NCBI GenBank assembly: GCA_964247055.1
Contig: OZ176058.1
Coordinates: forward strand, 1,674,001 to 1,738,000
DNA: 64,000 bases
Reading direction: 5' to 3'
Source of the DNA: Paragordius varius
Taxonomy: Eukaryota > Animalia > Nematomorpha
The position numbers and the translations under genes are program-made. Shown one piece after another: positions 38,696 to 51,269 of this stretch. A model generated the notes under the pieces. It searched no databases. It saw only the letters and a program-made list of their open reading frames with translations, and was not told the DNA's origin. The number at the start of each line of letters is the position of its first letter. Positions within the stretch are counted from its first letter, which is position 1.

Positions 38696-39634
38696 TTAGT
38701 ATGCCATGATATGCCAAGTTTTGTCAATCAAGTTATTTATGAAATCGCCAACAGTGATGTTTTCTAAATTAGATCGATTTTTTGCATTTTTCGAATTTGT
38801 TTCCGTTATATTTATACCAGTTGGGACAAAAAACATAAATGGATTCCACACAGAAATATTTTCATTTTGTGGTATGCTTAAGTTTGGATTCATATAAGAG
38901 CTCATATTTTTAAGATTTGTTGGATGTTTTAAGTGTTTTCGCTTATTTTTGTGCCTTCTATGTGCAACATTGGAACTGTACCCTATAAGAAATTAAAAAA
39001 TAATGGATAATATAATTAAATGAAAATTGATTTATATAAGACAACTTTGAATAAATCAGTATTTGGTAATTGTGTTTTAAAAGTTCACACCTTCTTTAAA
39101 TAAATTTTATTTTTGGAGTTTTGCATTTTATTATAATATATTTTATTTTTAAATCTAGTATCGTATAGTATAAAAAAAGATGTCCAAATTATATAAACAA
39201 AATAAGTGGTAAAATACGGAAATAATTGTTTAATTTACACCATTAGTTACTTTTTACCATACTCACTGTAAAACTTAATTTATTTCCAAACATAAAACCA
39301 TTATTTAATATAAGAGCTGGCTAAAACGCAGTCCGCCTGCAAAAAATTTGAAATAATCTGCTCATTAAATCTAAGTAAAATTATTATTTTTTATACAAAT
39401 TTTGTTAATATGACTAACCAAATCACATTACAAAAATTGTTATCATGTGTTTGTATCTTTCAGGCTTATGTTTGAAGCGATTTATAATAAACTCCCCTGA
39501 TTTATAACATATTAGTTACCATTAAGGTTGTTGAAATTACTAAGGGTAACACCACCAGACAGTTGGGTTAGATTAAATAAATATAAATAGATGTAAAACA
39601 AAAGGACAAAATATTTTTGATTTTTAACATACAT
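38696..39634 (-). CDS. Candidate secreted protein, copy C
   Basis: Exon 1 39520-39634 is open. Terminal exon 38696-38982 is open (95 codons, GYSSNVAHRRHKNKRK...KTWHIMAY*) and differs from copy A only by substitutions and a 3 nt indel. Confidence 0.5.
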
Positions 39635-40490
39635 TTCGATACTTTTTAAAAACTTGAAACCGAAAATAATTAATTACAAAAATAGCTGTTGATTCAACAG
39701 TTCAAAAAAGGCAAAGTTCAAATTTTTTTTGTTTTTAAAAAAGAACATTAGCTTTAGAATGATGCAATAAATCATTAATTATGTTATGTAAGGTTTAATT
39801 GGTTTTGAAAGGTAGTACATTATGTGTGCACTTTAAAAATATTTGATATTTGTTATTAAAAGTTGCTTTTTTGGCTTAACTATCAAGATTATTATTTATT
39901 AAATGTCAAATTATGAGGGAAATTAAAAATTTTAATCATTTTTATAAAAAGTAGGCATTAGAGAGCCCTATTGGCTATTTCGTTTTTTAAAATGTATTTA
40001 AGTTTATCGCGAAATTTAACCTATATAGTAAAGACTAAAAATAAATTTTAAAATCCTGATGATTTTTAACAAGAATTTGATTGTTACAAAATAAAACCGG
40101 ATTCAATTTGTTTTTATTCCGGGTTTCACTTATAATATAATCTGTCTAAATAGATATATAAAGACTATCTTTAAACACATTAAGTTGATATTGTTAAAAT
40201 ATATTTAATTAAAAATTATTTTTTTAATCTTTTATAATTTACTTTAATAAAATAAAAATTTAAGTGATCGAATTATAGACTGACTTACTAAAATAATATA
40301 AATACCATATGAAATTTACCAAAATAATTATGTAGCTTTGTTTGAAAAAAAATTTGTTTATATTATGGAAAATACAGTCGCGAGAGCTATTCTATGTCAT
40401 TTCGAAGTATTTTAATTGCCAAAGGCGGATTTATTTACCATAACTGTCCTATAAGAGTTCTTTCATCGTATTAGTTACATATTTAATAAT

Positions 40491-43400
40491 TAAGGTGACC
40501 AGATTTTTTGAAGGAAAAAGCGGGACAAATCTGAGAAGGGGGATGGGGGTCATTGGGGGGTACAACCAAAAATTTTTATACAAAAAATTTATTGCAATAT
40601 TTATTTATTTTTAACACAAATACATTATGAATATAAAAAAATTGTACCTTATTCAATAAATTTACATGTGCACGAACAAAGGGTGAAGTGATTGTAATCT
40701 AGAAAAAAAAATAATAAAGACGAAATCATCACAAAGTGCGCTGGGTGATGCAAGAAGCGGCACAAAAAATATTTTTAACAATTTAGCGAATAATCTTAAT
40801 CAAAACATTATTGGCAGATACACAACGCTATTCAAACAGCTACTGATTTGTTACCCCTGGATGTAGAAAATGTACCTGATATAATGCTTGGATATTCTAG
40901 AACTCGTTGGTTAGCTCTTTTGCCAGCTATTGAAAAAAATTTAAAAATGCATGATCGCCTAGAACTATTTTTTATCACAGGACAAATGTCTAAAATTCCA
41001 AGTCAAAAAAGGTTAAAAAATAATTTTATACCATTACCTAATCGCATTATTATAAATCATCCAGAAAAACAAGGCTCAATGAATAGCCAGGATATAAAAA
41101 TGTTTTATACAAACAGAAACGATTATTTGGAAGACAAGACAGTGCAATTCAATGACACTTTTTTTGAAGTATCATTATTAAATAAATATATTGAATGAAA
41201 ACTTATATTATGGCAACAGAAAAAAATACGTAGGATAAAACATCCTTTTTAAACAAATTATGTTCCATACAATAATATTTTAATTGTAGAATTTGCATTA
41301 TCTTTACCTGAACCACTGGTATTGAACGCGTTTTTAAGTAAATTAAGTAAGGACACGGAATCAAATTTAAATGTTGAATAAAAGCCATTTAATGTGTTCA
41401 AATATAATTTGACATGAAGACTTATAAATTAACACAAAAACTTGAAAGAAAATATTTTATTCTTTGGTATATTTTCGTTTGAGTGAATGCGTTTTAGCAG
41501 ATTGTCATCATTTTTTAAAATATTGTAGAAGTCTTCACAAGAATTTGTCAAATTAAATTTAGCAGATAAAAAGGCCTTTAAAGTTTCAACATTTAAATTT
41601 GATTTTTCCGATGTTAACACTTGATTTACTGCGAAAAAACGCGCTCAGTAGCAGCGTTGGTTCCAGGTAAAGATAATGCGAATTCCACAATATTTAAAAT
41701 ATTATTGTATGTAATATAGTTGGCTTCAAAATAATGAAATATTTCCAACCATTTCTTTTCTACTGATATTTTTCTTTTGTCCATAATTTAAGTTTTTCAT
41801 TATTAATATATCTTTTAACTAATAATTCTTCATAAAAAAGATCATTTTCTGAAAGATTACTTTTTGAGAATTTAACAGATATAATCAAATGATTTTTGAA
41901 CATCGCACCAATTAAATGCTGTTTTTAATGTTATCCAATGAAAATGTTCAATTTCATTGAATTGTGTAGTCCAGTCTTCCAAATAATCTTTACAGTTTGT
42001 ATAAAACATTTTTATATGGTACAGGATGGCGATTTATTAAGCCTTGTTGTTCTAAATTATTTATTATATTGCGGATCGTTAGTGGTATAAAATTATTTTC
42101 TAACCGTTCTTGACATTGGAATTTTAAGTTACTAACTTTATTGGCTACTTCGATTGCCGAAATTTTGTCACCCTCTATAAATTTAATAAAATTTTGAAAG
42201 AGAGAAGCTTGATTATGAATTCTAACCTTTTTGACGAATCACAAAAAATTTTTTTAAAGTTGTAGGACATTTGTCCTGTGATAAAAAAATGATTTTAAAG
42301 GATCATAGATTTTTAAAATTCTTTCAATAGCTGGCATAAAAGTTAACCAACGAGTTTTACAATATCCAAGCATTTTTTGATATTGAACTTCTGCATTTGC
42401 ACAGAATTCTTTAAGCGTTTCAACACGTACCGTTTATATATAAAAATAGAAATATATTTTAACAACTACATTTTCCACATCTAGGGGTAACAAATCAGCA
42501 GCTGTTTGAATAGCATTGTGTATTATGTGCGCTGCACACCTGACGCCAATAATGTTTTGATTAAGATTATCTGTAAATTTATGAAAAATATATTTTGTTC
42601 CCCTCCTTGCTTTTCCACCAAAGTTCGTATTGGTGTTGTCAGCGCAATATGCGATAATTTTGTCTTTTAAATTATTTTTTTCTAGAATATGATTATTGAA
42701 GTAAATATCGGAATTTTCACCGGGTAGAGAAATTAAATCTAAAATTTTAATTTTTACTCCGGTTTCTGAATCCAAATATCTTATTAAAGTGGGAAATATT
42801 TTGTTTAATGGTGATTTGATGCATCAGAGTATAGGGATAAAAAATTAATTTTCAGCAAATCTTTTTGTATTTCAGAAAATGCATGTGGCGAAAGGACATT
42901 GCACACAATGGGTTCAGTCTTTGTACGGGCACATGTAAATTTTTTATGGAATAACGTGCGAATAACTTGTGAGGTAAAATCCATAGATCTAAAGGAATGA
43001 TTGTGATAAACGGCGTGAAAAGATAAAACGCCTTCGGCTAATGCCAAATTCTTTTCTTCCTCTCCAAAAGCGGTTTTTCGAAAAAAATTGCTCATTTTGT
43101 AAGATGATGCCTCCATATCCAAACATTTTTTGATGTTTCTGTGTTTCCATATGCTTTTTAATATCATGCATGCCGCCATGTTCTAGCCTCGCATAAAAAA
43201 CATTTAACAAATGATTCATTATTCGTTTTGATAAAAGGAAATTCTTCCATTAATTTATCGTTGAATTTACAACCTCTTTTTGCGCTCATATTTATATAGT
43301 ACTATTAGTATAATAAATATTATTATACCTTAATTTTCTGGAATAAACGTGTAAGGTACCGATTTGTGGTATCAATTTGTCTTTTAAGCTCCAGATTTGT

Positions 43401-43690
43401 GGTATTAACTTGGCTTTTTGATAATGATGACAGTAGTAGTAGAAGCAAAGTGTATAATTATATGATATAAATTTGAAAAAAATAAATATTTTTGATTTAA
43501 AATAAAAAATTTTAATTTAAAATTGAATAGATTTTAAAGATAATAAATGATAAAAAATTTAAACGGATAAAAAAAATTTATTTGTATTGAAAAAAATTTT
43601 TTTTTAGATAATCTTGAAAAAGCGGGACATTTTAAAAACGTAGCGGGAGGCGGGACTGTCCCGCCAAAAGCGGGACGTCTGGTCACCTTA
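40491..43690 (-). mobile_element. hAT-2 transposon (3200 bp) with the same internal inverted transposase copy
   Basis: TIR TAAGGTGACCAGA at both ends, 8 bp TSD TTAATAAT. Near-empty site at ~24700-24730. Main transposase remnants on minus (42434-43219), inverted deleted copy on plus (~40640-41430). Confidence 0.93.
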
Positions 43691-43886
43691 TTAATAATGC
43701 ACACTATTTTCTCCCCAATTTTCAATTAATACAAAAAGAAAAAAATATCAAGCCATTTAAAATACTAAAACGGCCTATAATAGCTACTGTTCTCTCTAAT
43801 GTACAATATTTTTTATTCAAAGCAAATAATTATGGGTTAATCAACTTTTGTTTCATTTAGATTTGGGCCTTAACTATATTTAAGAC

Positions 43887-44114
43887 CAGTAATTCCCAAA
43901 AGGGGGCGTAAAAAATCTAGGGGGGAATTCGGATAATTCAATTACAGAATATAATCAGAAACAAATTGAAGATTAATGAGATTTCAGGTGCATATCATGA
44001 TTTGTATTTGAACAAATGTACAAACAAAAACTTCTTTGTTTTAGATTTTTATGTATTTTTTCCAATTTGATGGGGTATGAATGAATAACACAAAGGTGGG
44101 AACAGGAACCTCTG
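43887..44114. mobile_element. hAT-type MITE
   Basis: CAGTAATTCCCAA...AACCTCTG, TSD TTTAAGAC on both sides. Confidence 0.75.
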
Positions 44115-45409
44115 TTTAAGACAAAAGGAATTACCAAATTATACGTTTTTTGAATTAGTAAAACCTTTACAAAAACAACTTTATTGATAATATTGAATTT
44201 TTGATTGTATTTTATCAAAATTAATAGCTTCGTGACTTTACTAAACAAGTCGTTAAAACATTATTTGGATTACAATTACTGTTGAAATTTTAGCCATTTT
44301 ATAAAAAAAGTTTTAAACAAAACGAAATCTTAGACTGATTTGTAGGTAATAACTTCTTAGCAATAAGCCAAACAAGGTGTGGGATAACCTAAAATTATTT
44401 AAAGATAAATTTTTTTAATGATTATCTATAGTTATAATTTCCATATATAAATAGTTTTCTAAAGCAATATACAAAATATATGATCCCATTCTATATAAAA
44501 CCTATTTAACCAGATGTTTCCAACACAAATAATTTCGCGGGCCGCCTTTTTCGACTTAAAAACTCCGGCGGGCTGCATTTCAGATATATATATGGGCATT
44601 CATAAATAATAATTAGATTTCAGACATAGGATTGCAAAATGCAATATAAAAATTTCCTTGTTCTTGCCAGTGAATAGACTCATTTAGAAATGATTGGTTA
44701 AGAATTACTAGCAAATATTTTTTTATTTTTTGCAAATTATGTTTTCTAAATTTGCAGGTCGCGAGTTGAACACCCCTGTTTTAGACATATATTTTAAGGT
44801 AATAATTTATTGATAAATCATGAAATAGAGCATTTGCTTGATAAGGATAATTGAGATGAGGCTTGCTTGCAATTAAGAAACATATAATATGAAATCATAA
44901 AAAGATATACTTTATATAGAAATTACAATGCAATATAAAAAACATTGCTGGTTTTATAAAATCCTTGAAATCAATTAATGACTTTTGACGTAGATTTTGG
45001 AATAGAAAAAGTTTAATATAGATAATTGATATTAGCTTAATTACAGAAAACTGTAATTATATGGACAAACCTTAAAAATATAAGGACAAATATTTTTTCC
45101 AAAAGACAACCATACTTTTTAAATCATGATTCAATATACTCATTGTTTTAAATGGCAAAGTGTCAAATATAGATATATATTACCAACACAATAAGTTCTA
45201 TATTTTACAATACTAACTAAATAAATAGCTTATATGAAAAATATTTAGATTTAAAAAAGTATGGTTGTCTTTTTGTAAATAATATTTGTCGTTATAATTT
45301 TTGCGTTTTGTCCTTATAATTTCAATTTTAATGTAAAAATTTACTAAATAAATGAATATTTTTAAAAAATTTTCAAATATAAATGATAAAAAATAAAAAA
45401 TTTAATTAA

Positions 45410-48400
45410 TCATGCGAATTTATGTATATTGCAACCAAATGCATTTTCAGACGTGTAACCAATGTATAAGAAGCCATCCGAATCCTTATTTTGTTTGTAG
45501 AGATCAAGGAGTATTGTACTATTTACAGTAACAATTAAAATTATAAAAAAGATAAAACATATAAAATTAAAACACTAAAAACTATTTTTATAAAGGAAAT
45601 AAAATTTTTGATTATTAATTTTTTCGATAATTACATTATTTTTAAAAATAACAAAGTGTGTTAGAAATCAAAAAGTATTGTACTATTCACAGTAAGAATT
45701 AAAATTATAAAAAAATAAAACACTAAAAACTATTTTTATAAAGGAAATAAAATTTTTGATTATTGATTTTTTCGATATATCCTAAATTATTCATATTTTT
45801 GAAAATAATCAAATGAATTTATTTGTACCCCAAAACAATAGGTTTTGTTTTTGTAGAAAAAAAGATTCATATTTAATCATTTTAAAGTATATTAGTATTC
45901 TATGTTAAACGTTTTGATTTAATAATTTCAATTATTACTATTGAGAAATTTATGGATAAATTATTATATTTTATTTAATGCTTACCAGATAAGAAGATTT
46001 ACAGTAAATATTTTTATAATGATTATTGATACCCTATATAATAATATAATTTCGTTTTTAATAAATTGTGTAAAATTAAAATCTCGCCAAGTACATAAAA
46101 ATGAGAATAAAACTAAAAATTTTCGATATAATGATATAATCTACATTACAGGGATAAAACTTTACATTTTAATTAATTGATTATATCAGACTCATTCTTA
46201 AATATATGACAATGTTCGCATTTTTATTGGGTGAAATTTTAATTTGTTTTCTAAAGGGAAATAGTATTACCATAATGCATTTTACAAATATCTGGAAAAA
46301 TTTAACAAAAAAAACTAGCAATATATTTTTACAGTCATCTTAGTGTATAAAAATATAAGGTTAATTATATATTTTGATTATTTACGGTAAAACTTTGAGT
46401 TTAAAATATAGAACGCGAGATTTTAAATTTACAATTTAAAAGTTGTTAACTTAAAAAAATAATAATTATATTTTTCCAAGTTAAAATAATATAGACGGTA
46501 GAAATTAAAAAATTAGTGTTTAAGCTAACGACCTCCAAAAAAAAGCTTAAATTCCCTTATATTCTGTTTAACTCTTTATAAATTTTAAATTTCTTAAATC
46601 TAAAATTTTTATTTAATTCTTTGATGTTTTATATAAAAAACTTTTTGCACACCTAGAATTAGGTATCATAGCCTTATTAACATAAATCGAAAGCGTTTGT
46701 TCAGCTTTTATGTTTAAGCGTTTACGTATAATCCATATGAGTTAAAATTAAAAAAATTAGTGTTTAAGCTAATAACTTTAAAATCATGTATTTTACATAC
46801 ATCTAAATAAAATTATTTTAAAAATATAAAGAATTTTTATCTTTCTAATTTTTCATATTTTTCTTTTAACTATAATAAAAATATGCTTACACAGGAATTG
46901 GGTATCTTAGCCTTACTAACATAAATCTATAGCGTTAATATGGCTTTTAATAACATTATGAATACAAATACTGAAAATTTTTTGATAATTAAAATATAGT
47001 AAATTTCATATTCCCTTCAAGTTGGCCTTTATTATATTAAGAAATAAAAGTTATAGTTTTAGATTTCTTAAATCTAAAACTTTTATTTATTTATTTTGTA
47101 TATATAAAAAACTTTTCCACACCTAGAATTAGGTATCATCGTTTTATTAACATAAATCGATCGCGTTTATTTGGCTTATAAAAACATTATGAATACAAAT
47201 ATTGAAAAATTTTTGATAATTAAAATTTAGTAAATTTCATATTCCTTCAAATTGGCCTTTATATTAAGAAATAAAAGTTTTAGTTTTAGGTTGAAACTCT
47301 CAATTTACAGTCAAAACTTACCCTTTTTTAACAATTCAAATTGACCCTTGAACGATTCAAAATCATCCTAAATATAAATTTTGTGTTTTCTCACTAATGT
47401 AATTAATTATTAATATAAAATATCTCTTTATTGCATAGTTAATTATTTTTTCAATATTATTTTAATTTAAAACAAAATTTTATTTTTACATATATTAAAT
47501 TATCGGTAATTTTGAATTTTAAAAATATAGAGAATTTGAATTGTTTAAGGTTGAATTTAAATTGTTTAAGGGAAAATTTGAATTTAAGGTTTAATTCAAA
47601 TTGTTTAAAGGTAAATTTGAATATAAATTTTTTATTTGATACTTTAATTTTTTATAAAAAAATTTTGCACACCTATAATTGGGTATCATCGTTTTATTAA
47701 CATAAATCGATAGAGTTTGTTCAGCTTTTATGTTTAAGCGTTTACGTATAATCCATATGAGTTGAAATAAAAATTAGTGTTTAAGCTAATAACTTTAAAA
47801 TCATGTATTTTACATATATCTAAATAAAATTATTTTGTGACTATAAAGTAGTTTTATCTTTCTAATTTTTTATTTAATTATAATAAAAATATGCTCACAT
47901 ATCTTAGCTTTATTAATATAAATCGATAGCGTTAATTTGGCTTTTAAAAACATTATAAATACAAATACTGAAAAATTTTGATAATTAAAATTTAGTAAAT
48001 TCCATATTCCTTCAAGTTGGCCTTTATATTAAGAAATAAAAGTTATAGTTTTATTTGGCTTTTAAAACTATCAATTTACAGTCAAAATTTACCCTTTTAC
48101 AATTCAAATTGACCCTCGAACGTTTCAAATTCATCCTAAAAATAAATTATGTGTTTTCTCACTAATATAACTCATTATTAATATAAAATATCTCCTTACT
48201 GCATAGTTAATTATTTTTTCAGTATTATTTTAATTTGAAACAAAATTTTAATTTAACATTTAAAAAATATCGTTAATTTTAAATTTTGTAAATATAATTT
48301 ATTTGAGGGTTTAAATTGTTCCAGGGAGAATTTGAATTGTTTAAGGTTGAATTCGAATAGTTTAAGGGTATATTTAAATCTATAATTTTTATTTAACTCG

Positions 48401-51061
48401 TTGATTTTTTATATAAAAAAAAGTTTTTGCACACCTAGAATTAGGTATCATCGTTTTATTAACATAAATCGATAGAGTTTGTTCAGCTTTAATGTTTAAG
48501 CGTTTACGTATAATCCATATGAGTTGTGCTACGCTTAAATCTTGAGGAACCAAATATTTATGTTTATCAATGTCAGGTATGTCGGCATTTGGTATCCGTT
48601 CTATAATTATCTGTTGAATATGAATAGAAAATAAAAAGATATAGCAGAGAAACCTGAAATAAATGTATTTCAATATTTCATTTATGTCTTAAATAATCAG
48701 TTGTTTTTATTAATCAGTTGTTTTAATTAATTAGTGGTTTTAATCAATCACTTGTCTAAATAAATCAGTTTTTTTTATTAATCAGTTGTTTTAATTAATC
48801 AGTTGTCTTAATTAATCAGTTGTCTAAATTAATCAGTTGTTTTAATTAATCAGTTGAATCAGTTGTTTTATTAATCAGTTGTTTTAATTAATAGGTTGTT
48901 TTAATCAGTTTTATTCAACCAGTTGTTTTAATTAATCAGTTGTTTTGATTAATTAGTTGTTTTAATTAATCAGTTGTTTTAATCAGTTTTATTCAACCAG
49001 TTGTCATTAATCACTTGCCTAAATTAATCAGTTGTCTTAATTAATTAATTGTGATTAATCAGTTTTATTCAACCAGTTGTTTTAATTAATCAGTTGTTTT
49101 AATTAATTGGTTGTTTTAATTAATCAGTTGTTTTCATTAATCAGTTGTTTCAATAATACAATATTCATCACATTTATGTTGGCTTATTCACATTATTGTT
49201 GGTCAATTGAGTAATACAATAGCGTTTGGTATTAACACTTGCTCCAATTCAACTTGAAATAGTCGGATACCCCAAACTGATTTTATATTAAATACCTAAT
49301 AAAATATGGAAGGAATCGAAACCATAGCAGAATATAGCACTTATAATAACATTAATAAGACGGAAATGAAAAAATTTGTTCAAAAATAGTTGATTTTACT
49401 TAATACAAGGTAATGACAAAAGGTAAAAATATGGTCAACGTGACATGTGTGCACTGGTAAAATTGAAGAATAATTCAATATAAATCACTTTTTGTCTATA
49501 AAAAGCTTTAAATTTACCATTAAATTTAAATGAATACGATATTTTGCAAATATTTTGCAAAATAAAATGGCGTTCAAGTAGTTTGATATGCAACTTTTTT
49601 ACACTTAATTTTATTTGGATATTTTAGCTTATTATTTATATAATTTTTTATAGTAGGATAGAAGCATAAATTCAATTTGGTAACGTTTCCTTCGTTAGTT
49701 TAATAAAAATGTAAATTATTTAGTCTGGGGTATTTAGATACCCCAATTAAAATCGAAGTATTAAACACATTTAGTCCATAATATAAGGCAACAGTTATTA
49801 ATGTAAGATAGGCAAAAATTGTCCAATTTCAACATTGTATTGTTTTTTTCCATACACTACTGCGTTGTTACCTATTGACCGGACAAAGTATAATGTGAAT
49901 ATTTCTGTATAAATGTGCTTATTGATATTTATATTAAACAAGAAAAGTTATACAGTCATACATCCTTTATTTTATCAAAAATTTATTTATTTTCTTTCGT
50001 TAAATGTTTGGGGTATAAATATTTGATAAAAAATGGAAAAAACATAAGCTTTATGGTGTAATTCTTATATTTTTTATAGATATTGTTTATACCATAGAGC
50101 TCTTGTTTTTTCCATTCTTAAGCAAATATTTATACACACCATTTAAAAAAAAATTTTTTTTATAAAATAAAGGATACATGACTGTAAATACCAGTATTAA
50201 TAAAAAAGTATACAATGTTAGTTTTTTATTGATGATTAACAAATAGAATTTATATACAAAAAGAAGTATTATTAGTTTACAGTTATGAATATTGCATTTA
50301 TTACTGCATTTCACCAATTCGTGAAATGCTAGTTAATTTTGTCATTCAAAATTAAAATTATAAAAACAAAAATTTTTAATTAAAGGAAAAACAAAAAAAA
50401 TTTCTATTTTTATTATAAATGTAATAATTCTTTAATTTCTACCAAAATTTATGTATTAAAAATGTTATTAGGCGCATTAAAATTGATAAATAAAGTAAAA
50501 CTCTATGAAATTTCATTTTCAAATGCATTCATCAAGCGGTAACCTTAATATAAGTTTTTTTGCCCCAAATCAAATATAAAAGATATAAACGAAAAAAACT
50601 ATTTTAAGTCCAAAAGTAATATATGCATTAATTTTAGGGGTTTTATTTAAAAATATATTTTTATAAAAACTAATGGTCATATAAATGTGTTTAATGATGA
50701 TTTCATGATATATTTTCGTCAACTAAAAATATTTTTAATTTTGTGTAAAATATGCTAAAATTACGGAAAAAACTTTCAAAGTATTTGTTTTTTACGTACT
50801 TTTGGGACAATAATTAAATATTTTTTGCTATAAAAATATGTTCTAGTTAAAAATTTCTACAAAAGTTTCAAATAAGATAATAAATATATTTTCAATAAAA
50901 TCATGAAATGCTCACAATAAATAAAGATATTATTAACTTACGGGAATTTTATCGGGATATTTTGTGAAAACTTTCTGTGCTTCGGCTTGTCTTCGAGCTA
51001 TAAGTTAATATAATAAAAACTTACAAAGAACATTTTCTTCTTTAAACTTCCAATTTATCAT
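45410..51061 (-). CDS. GABARAPL2: Autophagy ubiquitin-like protein ATG8, GABARAPL2/GATE-16-like, 125 aa
   Basis: Exons 51025-51061, 50942-50997, 48435-48610 and 45410-45518, all GT-AG and phase-consistent. MINWKFKEENVLSRRQAEAQKVFTKYPDKIPIIIERIPNADIPDIDKHKYLVPQDLSVAQLIWIIRKRLNIKAEQTLSIYVNKTMIPNSSTILLDLYKQNKDSDGFLYIGYTSENAFG|CNIHKFA. ATG8 family is certain; the subfamily call rests on WxFKE, WIIRKR and ENxFG. Confidence 0.92.
46640..48430 (-). repeat. Local tandem duplications of the ATG8 exon-3 3' end and donor, interleaved with MITE pieces
   Basis: CACCTAGAATTAGGTATCAT-type segments at ~46650, 46890, 47120 and 47670. The longest (46653-46743, 47673-47764) extend ~90 nt into exon 3. Confidence 0.85.
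48693..49150. repeat. Minisatellite, ~13-17 bp unit (AATTAATCAGTTGTTTT) in ATG8 intron 2
   Basis: About 27 degenerate copies of the AATCAGTTG core. Confidence 0.9.
49236..49760. mobile_element. piggyBac-like MITE (TTAA-flanked) in ATG8 intron 2
   Basis: TTAA|CACTTG...CGAAGTA|TTAA. Aligns with 4083-4486 and 60667-61239. Confidence 0.7.
49953..50184. mobile_element. Tc1-related MITE in ATG8 intron 2
   Basis: TA|CAGTCATACATCCTTTATTTTA...TAAAATAAAGGATACATGACTG|TA. Confidence 0.8.
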
Positions 51062-51269
51062 TTTCCTGCTTAAACGCTTTTCATAAATTTTTTTCCCAAC
51101 TCAAAATTTATAAAAAAGATTAACAAAAGCTTTAAATTAAAACCTAAGAATGATAAATCATAAGACTTGTATATATATATATGTATGCGTGAAAATATCG
51201 GCCTTTATTGTTCACCATATCACGATCGTAAATCTAAAAATATTGTCAAAAAGTTAGATTTTAGTACAA
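51062..51269. promoter_or_regulatory. Probable bidirectional promoter between ATG8 and MEAF6
   Basis: Only 208 bp separate the two divergent ATGs. No specific motif was identified. Confidence 0.55.

Noticed and set aside
40848-41198. ORF as an independent gene
   Set aside because: It is a mosaic of deleted hAT-2 transposase fragments in the internal inversion.
48611-48673. ORF-track N-terminus MKYIYFRFLCY... and C-terminus RCAKTFF... for ATG8
   Set aside because: These are intronic read-through; the real exon is 48435-48610, bounded by CAG and GT.
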